This document shows, one piece after another, positions 56,257 through 64,000 of a stretch of DNA of 64,000 bases. Origin of the DNA: a virus (lineage: Duplodnaviria > Caudoviricetes); the IMG/VR virus record IMGVR_UViG_3300005614_001084, positions 96,001 through 160,000 of that record; one strand, given 5' to 3'. Under the pieces are notes generated by a model that saw only the letters and a list, made by a program, of their open reading frames with translations, had not been told where the DNA came from and ran no database searches. Made by a program: the position numbers and the translations under genes. Every line of letters begins with the position of its first letter. Position 1 is the first letter of the stretch.

Positions 56257-56269
56257 GATGTACTCCTGA

Positions 56270-57982
56270 TCAGAGACCAGCCGCAACGGGAAGGTTGGTC
56301 CCGTAATCCGACTGGCCGATGGGGCCGGGGTGGATGCTGTCGTCGCTGTCGCCGAGCGTGTAAAGAGTAGTGCCGTCGATGATCACGCCGAACCCAGAGG
56401 CGGATACCGCTGCGGCATCGGCCGCACGGAACTGCGCGAGAGTCTGTCCGCGCCCGTTGGTGGGCTCGTCGGTACGCGGTCCTGCGGTCTGCTTCCAGAT
56501 CCGCCCGAAGTACGGCCCCACGATGCTGTAGAAGGTCGTCTTCGCCGCCTGGTAGTCCGAGACCAAGACCCACTGGTTCTTGCCGAAGTCGTTTGTCGAT
56601 AGCTGATCTAGAAGATCGTTGCCTACGGTACCGTCGGCCTGTGCGATCACCGCGGCCGCAAAAGCCGCGGGACTGGCGAACCGAACGAAGCACATGTCGT
56701 AGAAAGAGAACGTCCCACCGGCGAGGAAGGTCGTACGTCCGCCACCTGTGCTGGTGGCGTACGCCGCTCGCCACGCGATGCCTGCGCCTCCTGCCTGCGA
56801 CTGCCCCGCCTTCTGACCCTGGAGGATCGAATCGAACAACACCACGCAGCGGTGTGCCGGCGGCGTTGGAGTACTCGGGATGAAGCTGTATCCGGGAGGC
56901 AGCCAGAGTTCCTTCAAATAAGATCCAGCATTCGGCGGCGTGACGTTCAACGTCTGAGGACCCACCTCGATCGCGACCGTTTTTGAAACACCAGGATTGC
57001 CGAGAGAGATTCCGGGATACGCGATGGTAGCCACGTCGATGACACTCCGCACTCCATCTACTGTCACAGCGATGGTGTACTGCGGGGTGTCGGTCTTCTC
57101 GACGGTAAGAAGTTGAAGCTGATCCGACGTCGTCGTTCCCACGATCGACGAATACACGGACACGATGTCATAGCCCGGGCCCGGGACGGCTGGAGCGGAG
57201 TCGAAGTACGGGACGCCGGCCAACGAGACCTTCGTGGTACCGCTGGCTGCGGCGAGCAGCGCGGCAAGCTGTGCGTCGTCGGCGTCGGAGAGGGCGTCCG
57301 GAAACACGACGACGAAGCGCGCCGTCATCGTGGGGCTCAGGCCTGCGCTTGCGATGACACCACCGATCGCTACCTGACCTGAAGGCAGCGTTAGCCCTGA
57401 GACATCAGCAGATCCGGCGTTCGTTCCGAAGAGGTCGGTTCCGTTAAGTCGTTGCGGCTTCACCGCGGACGAGCCATCGGAGAACTTCGCGCGTCCTGAC
57501 CAGATGCCCCAACTGTCGCTGTACCTCGCGGACTGGTAGTAGCAGACGCTGCTCCCGCCCTTGATCGCGATCATGCCGATGTGGCCGCTGTTGCGTGCGT
57601 ACAGGCCAACGTAGTCCGTCGCCGTACCTGCGTTCACGGCGTAGCTCTCGCTTGCCCCGCCCGCCAACGAGCCAACAAGATAGATCGATGCCCCAGGGGC
57701 GCCGGTAAGAAGGTTGTCCAGTCCCTTCATGACGGTGGTGGGCGTGAAGAGCACCGTGTTCGTCGAGGGACTTGCAGTCGGTCGTGCGGTAGATCCCGAT
57801 GCCGCAGTCACAGGAGCTTGGCCAGTGAGCGGGGCCCACGACGTCATGCGCTGGCCCGCTTCGACGACGCGTCCCGACGCTCCATCAAGAAGAGCCCCGC
57901 CACCTCCGTGCGTGCTTACGAAAGAGATCAACGCCGACAGGGCACTTGCTGCTCCGCCGGCGAGAAGGAGCGATCGACTCAC
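56270..57982 (-). CDS. tail fibre/receptor-binding-like protein with SGNH esterase domain
   Basis: FDSI, STND, DSIHP; GTG start MSRSLLL. Confidence 0.65.
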   Translation of the reverse strand: MSRSLLLAGGAASALSALISFVSTHGGGGALLDGASGRVVEAGQRMTSWAPLTGQAPVTAASGSTARPTASPSTNTVLFTPTTVMKGLDNLLTGAPGASIYLVGSLAGGASESYAVNAGTATDYVGLYARNSGHIGMIAIKGGSSVCYYQSARYSDSWGIWSGRAKFSDGSSAVKPQRLNGTDLFGTNAGSADVSGLTLPSGQVAIGGVIASAGLSPTMTARFVVVFPDALSDADDAQLAALLAAASGTTKVSLAGVPYFDSAPAVPGPGYDIVSVYSSIVGTTTSDQLQLLTVEKTDTPQYTIAVTVDGVRSVIDVATIAYPGISLGNPGVSKTVAIEVGPQTLNVTPPNAGSYLKELWLPPGYSFIPSTPTPPAHRCVVLFDSILQGQKAGQSQAGGAGIAWRAAYATSTGGGRTTFLAGGTFSFYDMCFVRFASPAAFAAAVIAQADGTVGNDLLDQLSTNDFGKNQWVLVSDYQAAKTTFYSIVGPYFGRIWKQTAGPRTDEPTNGRGQTLAQFRAADAAAVSASGFGVIIDGTTLYTLGDSDDSIHPGPIGQSDYGTNLPVAAGL

Positions 57983-58968
57983 AGCCCGGCGCCGTTCTTC
58001 AGGTACGCTTCTGCATCCGCCAGATCGCCGTCCTGAGCCTGCCCCGACAAGAACATCAGGGCGGGCCCTGATGTACCTGCCCACGGACTCGCGAGACCTC
58101 CGTTGCGGGCGCCGTAGTTCAACTGCGCGTTCGCGAAGTTGCCGGGACCGCACGAGTTGACGGCGGTGCTGAGCGAGAGAGGTGTTCCGTTCTTGCGGAT
58201 GAACACGCAGCCCTTGGTGAGCGTGGTTGTGACGCCGAACGACATCACGCACGGCGAAGCCAGAGACTCGACCGCGGTACATGCGCCGAAGCCCGCAGAT
58301 CCGCGGGCGAAGACGCCTACGCTCGGATTGCTGTCGTTCACGTCGATGAGGAAGCCGCCGTTATTGCTGGTGGCGTCCGCGGTCAGTTCCAAGATCATCG
58401 CCGCGGCCGTCTGACCGTCGGTCAAGGCAGCGACGATGCGCAGCGAGTTGTACGGCGAGAAGTCGCAGACACCCGCCAGCACGGAGTTGAAGCCCGGGCC
58501 CTGGAACTGAAGACCGGGCTTGCTGTTGAAGCTCGACTGCGAGGCGATCGGCTTCTGTCCTGCCACGGACTGGGTGAGGGCGAAGCCGGCCTTGGATCCG
58601 GTGAGGGCGCCTACGGCACCCGGGGCGAGCGCGCTCTGCTCCAGGACGTCGATCACCGCGGCGACGGTGGCGTACGTGTAGTGCAGCACGTTGCTGTTCG
58701 TCGTGCCCCCGGGGCCCGTCGTGACGCATCGAATCGCGTAGCCGATGTCCGCCGACGTCGGGCTGTACGTAGTTCCGGTGGCACCGCCGATGTCGGAGTA
58801 CGTGCCGATACCGGACTGACCCCACGCATCCCCGCGCTGCCACTTCCGCGACGTGACGGAGCCGCCCTCCGTGGCGGTGAGCGTCCCTCCGATGGTGACC
58901 TGTCCGGCGATGGACACCGTCGGTGGAGCCGCCACCTGGGCTCCACCGAGCAGCAAAGACCGGCTCAC
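57979..58968 (-). CDS. tail-associated Ig-like + LamG-like protein
   Basis: KWQRGD..IGGATGTTYSPTSADIG; AEAYL end. Confidence 0.6.
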   Translation of the reverse strand: MSRSLLLGGAQVAAPPTVSIAGQVTIGGTLTATEGGSVTSRKWQRGDAWGQSGIGTYSDIGGATGTTYSPTSADIGYAIRCVTTGPGGTTNSNVLHYTYATVAAVIDVLEQSALAPGAVGALTGSKAGFALTQSVAGQKPIASQSSFNSKPGLQFQGPGFNSVLAGVCDFSPYNSLRIVAALTDGQTAAAMILELTADATSNNGGFLIDVNDSNPSVGVFARGSAGFGACTAVESLASPCVMSFGVTTTLTKGCVFIRKNGTPLSLSTAVNSCGPGNFANAQLNYGARNGGLASPWAGTSGPALMFLSGQAQDGDLADAEAYLKNGAGL

Positions 58969-58971
58969 GGC

Positions 58972-59430
58972 TCAGGCTCCCGAGAACCAGTTCAGGCCAT
59001 CCTTCGAGACGAGCGAGATCCGCTTCCGCCCCGTCCCACCGTCGAAGGCCACGCCGACACCGGCGTTGTCGATCTGAACCGTGCCTGCCGGAGTGATGGT
59101 GACGTGCGTCGCGTTCCCCGTGCACTGGATGGTCAGGATCAGCGCGGTGCCGGGCGCCTTCACCAGAGCAGCGGAGAGATCGGGGAGCGTGAACGCCTGC
59201 GCACCGGCGCCAGTGGCGAACACCACCGCGCCGATGTCGGCCGCGACCAATCCGTACGCGCCTCCTTGCGGGTTGGCGGCCGGCTGCGCCATGGCCAGCG
59301 TCATGGCGTCGAGCGCGTTGGCGACCTGGGTGCGGAAGAAGCGAACCTCCTCACCGAGCCCGCTACCGGGACGAGTGAGGTGGGGCTTCTTCGAATGACG
59401 CGGGAACGGCGGTAGCGGGAACAGCGGCAT
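58972..59430 (-). CDS. putative virion protein
   Basis: AQAFTLP..SKDGLNWF. Confidence 0.6.
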   Translation of the reverse strand: MPLFPLPPFPRHSKKPHLTRPGSGLGEEVRFFRTQVANALDAMTLAMAQPAANPQGGAYGLVAADIGAVVFATGAGAQAFTLPDLSAALVKAPGTALILTIQCTGNATHVTITPAGTVQIDNAGVGVAFDGGTGRKRISLVSKDGLNWFSGA

Positions 59431-59479
59431 GGCGATCTCCTCAGCTCAAGAAGGGAGCCTGTTCAAACCAGCGAGAAGC

Positions 59480-60187
59480 TCAGGCGATCAGCTCGATGCT
59501 GCGCGTCGCGATCGGGATGAGCAGCTCGAACTGCACCGCCACGCTCTCCTGGACCAGCACGCCCTGGGCGTCGGTCGCGAAGGTGTGGTTCGGCACGTAG
59601 CAGCTCTCCAGGTAGAACGCGCCGTAGGTGTCCTGGTTGGAGTCCTTGACCACGACCAAGAGCCCGATGGGCTGGCCGAAGAGATCCGACGCCAGGTTGG
59701 CGAAGAAGTTCTCGTAGCCCGGCGGGATGACGACGTCGTGCGGGTTCGGCATGGAGCCGGCACCGACGTTCGGGAACACCGAGGGGACCAGGGTGTTCGG
59801 GATGAGATCCTGGTAGTATGCGTAGAGCACGCGCAGGATCGAGGGGCCGTGGTAGAGCACGCGGCTCAGCCCAAGCTGACCGATCGTGCGCCCGCTGATG
59901 AAGTAGCTGCGCTCCGAGCCCAGCTCGAAGATGCGGCTGAACTGTCGGTTGTGCGACAGATTCATGTTCTGCGTCACGCCGACCGGGTAGACGATCTGAC
60001 TCGCCGTCGCCGGGCTGCTGAGCGCCGCACCCAGGCTCAGCGCGCCACCGACCGTGGCGAGGCGCGGAGGCCCGGCGAAGATGCCCATGAATGCGCCCGA
60101 CACGAACTGACCGTCCACCATGCCGGGGCCTTCGCCACCGCTCTGGACGTAGTTCTCGTACGGCTTCCAGTTGCTGAAACTCGCCAT
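59480..60187 (-). CDS. tail tube protein
   Basis: Follows sheath; RIFELGS..YFISG..ESC..LVQESVAVQFE. Confidence 0.7.
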   Translation of the reverse strand: MASFSNWKPYENYVQSGGEGPGMVDGQFVSGAFMGIFAGPPRLATVGGALSLGAALSSPATASQIVYPVGVTQNMNLSHNRQFSRIFELGSERSYFISGRTIGQLGLSRVLYHGPSILRVLYAYYQDLIPNTLVPSVFPNVGAGSMPNPHDVVIPPGYENFFANLASDLFGQPIGLLVVVKDSNQDTYGAFYLESCYVPNHTFATDAQGVLVQESVAVQFELLIPIATRSIELIA

Positions 60188-60207
60188 GATCGTTCTCTCC
60201 TACGGCT

Positions 60208-60513
60208 TCAGCCGTTCTTCGCCTGGGTGATGAACTCGTCGATGCTGGTCTGCCGCGCGACGTCGAAAGCGGCGAGCTTCTTCTTCGTGGTGTGCTGGCG
60301 GATCTCTTCCTCCGCCGACTTGTGCCTGGTGGAATCGATCAGCTCACGCACCTCGTCCAGCGGAGACTTCTCCGCCAGACGGGCGATGCCGTTGGGCTCG
60401 TTCTGGCGGTCGGCCTCCTTCTTGGCGGTCTTCTCCGCCTCGTAGGCGACGAGGTCCTTCTCCAGTTCCTCGTCGAACGTCCGCGCCTTGTCGTCGTATC
60501 GGAAGTCCTTCAT
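60208..60513 (-). CDS. hypothetical protein
   Basis: GAGG RBS then MKDFRYD. Confidence 0.6.
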   Translation of the reverse strand: MKDFRYDDKARTFDEELEKDLVAYEAEKTAKKEADRQNEPNGIARLAEKSPLDEVRELIDSTRHKSAEEEIRQHTTKKKLAAFDVARQTSIDEFITQAKNG

Positions 60514-60521
60514 GACGCACC

Positions 60522-63500
60522 TCAGATGACGAGCGTGATCTTGACGTAGTTGAGCGGGTACAGCACGCCGACGGTGACGTCGATCTCCAGGGTGTCGGGC
60601 GCCGAGGCGCTCTGGCGGATGGCGTTCACCTCGAAGCTCTTGAGCACACCGTTCTTCACGAGGAAGGCGGCGAGGCCGTCGAGGACGATGCTGATCGCAT
60701 CCTGGACGTTCGTCGTGATGTTGTAGCGACCGATGAAGTTCTTCAGGCCGCCGCGGATGAACTTCGCCGTGAAGTCGAGGGCGCGCGTGATCGACGTCTC
60801 GCGCTTCTCGATCGTCGACATGTCGGTGGTGAGCTGGTGCCGCGTCTTCACCGGCTGCCCGTCGGCTTCCTGGTAGAGCACCCACAGACCACCGCCGCTC
60901 AGGATCTTGAGCTGCGCCTCGGAGTAGCGGTCCTGGGAACCCAGGACGCCGGTGAAGCCCGCGATGCTCTCCTCGGTGAGCGGCTGGCTCGGGTCCACCG
61001 CGCTCATCTTGCCGGCGAGCGCCGCCGCCAGGTAGTAGCCGGCGATGGCGGTCTCCAGGCCGCCGAGCGAGGCCTTGGCCTGGTCGGGTGCCGTGGCGAT
61101 GACGCGACGGTCGAGGTAGCCGCGCGCGATGTCGGCGTACGCGATGGCCTCGTCGGTGCGGTTGCCCAGCGCGCCGCCCAGGATGAACACCGAGACCGGA
61201 CGGTCGACGATCGCCGAGGTGAACACCGGGCTGCCCTCGCCGTCGAAGAACAGCGTGTTGCCGGCGCTCAGCGGACCATCGTTGATCGTGGCGTTCGGGC
61301 CCACGACGCTCTCCACGAGGTAGCGGTTGGTGTCGTCCTCGAACATGAGGAAGACGCCATCGGCCTCGACGTACGTCGGGCCGGGCTTGCCGAGGGCGGC
61401 CAGCTTCGCCTGGAGATCGGCGATGCCGGTGTTGACGACGTTCGTCGGCGGGCCCGCCACGTTCGCCGTGGGAGCCGAAGCGACGAGGGTGTCACTCTTC
61501 CGCGTCGGACGCGTCGGGTTGAGGATCGCGATGCGCTCCAGGCCGTTCTCCGGCTTGCTCAGCTCGTCCACGTGGACCTGGGCGACCTGCCCGACGGTGC
61601 CGGCGTGGGTGAGCGGCGCGATGCCGTAGACGTCCTTCGACTCCAGGTACTCGAAGCCGCGGGTGTAGGCGTCGAGCGTGCCCTCGGGCTCGCCTGCCGA
61701 GATCGCATCGACACCGAGCCCCGTGACCTCGACGCCCGGGGCGTTGAGGATCGCGAAGTACATGCCGAGACCGAGCGGGTTCTGGGTGTCGAGCGGGGCC
61801 AGCGCGGCCTCCAGCGCGGTCGTGGTGCCGAAGCGGAGGAGGTTGAAGTCCGTGCCGCTCGTCGTCACGTCCTTGCGAAGCGCGTTGTACGCGACGTACG
61901 TCGCCAGCGGGCCGACGTTCGACGGATCGCCGTTGGTGGCGCGGAACAGCTCGTGCTTCACACGAACCGCGCCGCTCGTCACGTCGACCCGAAGATCGGA
62001 CGAAGGACGCGAGGTCGTGGAGTCGGAGTTGTCGAGCGCCTTGGCCTGGATGTACCAGGAGCTGCCGGTGTAGCTGAGGAGCTGTTCCACGCTGATGCGC
62101 AGGCGGTTGTCCGGCGTCGCCGGCACCTCGGTGATCTGACCGAGGCGCACGCCGTTGACCCACACCTCGTCACCGACGATCGGCGAGAAGGCGTTGCCGT
62201 ACACGGCCGAGACCGTGTTGAACGGCGCGCCACTGCCCGTGAGACCGAGGGCGGTGAGGAGCGTGGAGTCGCTGGCGTTGAGGTCGATGCGGACCTCGCT
62301 CTCGCGCCCGCCGTTGGTGTCGAGGCCGTGCAGCACGAGGTTGTTCGCCCCGTTCAGCGACGCCGCGCCTGCGCCCCAGAGCGCGTTGATAGCGGTGATG
62401 AGCGTCGCCGCGCTCGTCACCGACGTGCTGAACACGATCTGCTGGAACTGGTCGCCACCGATGCTCATGCGGAGCACGCGGCCCTGCACGCTGGCCGAGT
62501 ACGTCACGGCCGTGAGGTCGGTGTTGCCCTGCGCGCGAGCCTTGCTCGGCTTGCCTGCGGCGTAGCTGCCGATCGCGAGACCGATCGTGGCCTCGTTGAT
62601 GGTGCCGCCCGCACCGATCTCGATGCCCGACACCGCGCCCGTGGCGAGCGACGTGATGACGGGGTGGTTCGCGCCGTTCAGCACCGCCGTGGCGAAGCCG
62701 GAGAGGCCCGAGTTGAGCTGACCGATCGCGGCCGGCGCGTTGCCCGGGCTCGCGAACGTCACGGTGTGCGACACGCCGTCCACGAGGACTTCGAGCGTGA
62801 AGGTGCCGAACTCCGCGGGGTACGACAGCGTCGTCCAGTCGACCGTGCCGGTGAGCGCGGCGGCCTTGTCGTGGAACACCGCGTTGGCGAAGTTCAGGTA
62901 CGGCGAGAGGTTGTCGCCGTCCCCGTCGTTCTGCACCGTGACCGCCGACGTCGCGCCGTCGAGGAAGCTCTCCGTGCGGAGCACCTCGCGGACGTTGCCG
63001 CTGCCGTCGTTGATGAAGACGCGGACGGTATCGAACTCGATCGTCACCTGGTCGATGATCTTGCGCGGATCCGGGTAGTCGGGCAGGCCGATCTTGAGGT
63101 CCCAGAAGTTGTTGTAGCCGGACGCGCCGACGTTCGTGTAGCCCTTCGTGATGGCGAAGGCCGTGAGCACGGCACTGCTCGTGCTCGCGCCGACCTGGAG
63201 GCTGGCGTTCTCGCCCGTGACCTCGGTGTAGACGACGACGCGCTTCTGCGTGCCGCTGATCTCCACCGTGGCGTGCAGGCCCGGGATCTCGGCCGAGTTG
63301 ATGGCATCCGCCACCTGATCGACCGTGAGGTTCGGGCCCGTGCCGAACACGACCTGATCGGGGGCGGCGTTGTTCACGCTGACCTCGAACGTGTTCGTGC
63401 CGACGCTGGCGTACTCGAACGGCGAGCTGACGTACTTGAACGCGATGCGCGCGGGTTCCGCGATGCGCGCGTCGGGGTTCAGGCTCCCGTCGTCCTGCAC

Positions 63501-63626
63501 CGCTTCGATGACCTGGATGCAAGGGCCCATGATGCACGCCGGCATCGTGGGGGTGAGGATCGTCGGGCTGACGGTCTGGAAGTCCTGGATGACCTGGACA
63601 CTGGGACGCTCGATGGTGGCAACCAT
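60522..63626 (-). CDS. contractile tail sheath protein
   Basis: RPSVQVIQ start; C-terminal HQLTTD..SITRALDF..VLYPLNYVKITL. Confidence 0.85.
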   Translation of the reverse strand: MVATIERPSVQVIQDFQTVSPTILTPTMPACIMGPCIQVIEAVQDDGSLNPDARIAEPARIAFKYVSSPFEYASVGTNTFEVSVNNAAPDQVVFGTGPNLTVDQVADAINSAEIPGLHATVEISGTQKRVVVYTEVTGENASLQVGASTSSAVLTAFAITKGYTNVGASGYNNFWDLKIGLPDYPDPRKIIDQVTIEFDTVRVFINDGSGNVREVLRTESFLDGATSAVTVQNDGDGDNLSPYLNFANAVFHDKAAALTGTVDWTTLSYPAEFGTFTLEVLVDGVSHTVTFASPGNAPAAIGQLNSGLSGFATAVLNGANHPVITSLATGAVSGIEIGAGGTINEATIGLAIGSYAAGKPSKARAQGNTDLTAVTYSASVQGRVLRMSIGGDQFQQIVFSTSVTSAATLITAINALWGAGAASLNGANNLVLHGLDTNGGRESEVRIDLNASDSTLLTALGLTGSGAPFNTVSAVYGNAFSPIVGDEVWVNGVRLGQITEVPATPDNRLRISVEQLLSYTGSSWYIQAKALDNSDSTTSRPSSDLRVDVTSGAVRVKHELFRATNGDPSNVGPLATYVAYNALRKDVTTSGTDFNLLRFGTTTALEAALAPLDTQNPLGLGMYFAILNAPGVEVTGLGVDAISAGEPEGTLDAYTRGFEYLESKDVYGIAPLTHAGTVGQVAQVHVDELSKPENGLERIAILNPTRPTRKSDTLVASAPTANVAGPPTNVVNTGIADLQAKLAALGKPGPTYVEADGVFLMFEDDTNRYLVESVVGPNATINDGPLSAGNTLFFDGEGSPVFTSAIVDRPVSVFILGGALGNRTDEAIAYADIARGYLDRRVIATAPDQAKASLGGLETAIAGYYLAAALAGKMSAVDPSQPLTEESIAGFTGVLGSQDRYSEAQLKILSGGGLWVLYQEADGQPVKTRHQLTTDMSTIEKRETSITRALDFTAKFIRGGLKNFIGRYNITTNVQDAISIVLDGLAAFLVKNGVLKSFEVNAIRQSASAPDTLEIDVTVGVLYPLNYVKITLVI

Positions 63627-63635
63627 GGTTCTCTC

Positions 63636-64000
63636 CTATCGGGTCTGGATCTCGACCGTCAGAGGCTCGCTAGATTGTGCCTCGTCCGGGCCTGTTTGTG
63701 GAAGGGGACCCGCGCCGACCGCAGCATCACGGTCTGTCGGAGTCTGATTCGGCTGCTGGACGGCCGAGCCCTGGAGCGGGCTCACCGCCACCGGGCGATC
63801 CGGTGGGATCGCCGGAGTGGTCGTCATCGTCGTGTTGATCTTGCCCACGATCGGCTTGTTGAGCGGCAGCGCCGTGTCCTGGATGTGCAGGTACGTCGGG
63901 ATGGCGACCACCACGACGGTCCAGTCGGTGTCGACGGTATCGATCAGCGAACCTGCGGGAGACGGCGGGGACAACATCATCTTCGAGCCCGTGTACATCA
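63636..64000 (-). CDS. tail/neck protein, 5' end truncated
   Basis: Open frame upstream of sheath. Confidence 0.5.
   Translation of the reverse strand, partial: MYTGSKMMLSPPSPAGSLIDTVDTDWTVVVVAIPTYLHIQDTALPLNKPIVGKINTTMTTTPAIPPDRPVAVSPLQGSAVQQPNQTPTDRDAAVGAGPLPQTGPDEAQSSEPLTVEIQTR

Overview
High-GC segment of a large myovirus (jumbo-phage-like), probably infecting a myxobacterium (inferred from one lipoprotein). It has densely packed, mostly minus-strand genes. Replication and nucleotide genes: ATP-dependent DNA ligase, RNase HII, split RecD2, two DEDDh exonucleases, ThyX, dCTP deaminase, NDK, MazG-like, (p)ppGpp hydrolase. It also carries a tmRNA, a frameshifted tail-chaperone-like pair and the start of a tail module (sheath, tube, fibre-like proteins). 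The standout is at 3.8-12.8 kb: a solitary wHTH-RAMP (Cas7/Csm3-like) gene followed by five dispersed non-coding arrays holding 16 copies of a 28-nt repeat. The repeat folds as a covariation-supported H-type pseudoknot. Each copy is followed by a 50-140 nt tract with G at every 4th position, (GNNN)n. This looks like a non-CRISPR RNA-guided system with a 4-nt register. Its function and targets are inferred, not shown. All calls come from reading motifs by eye; no database searches were run.
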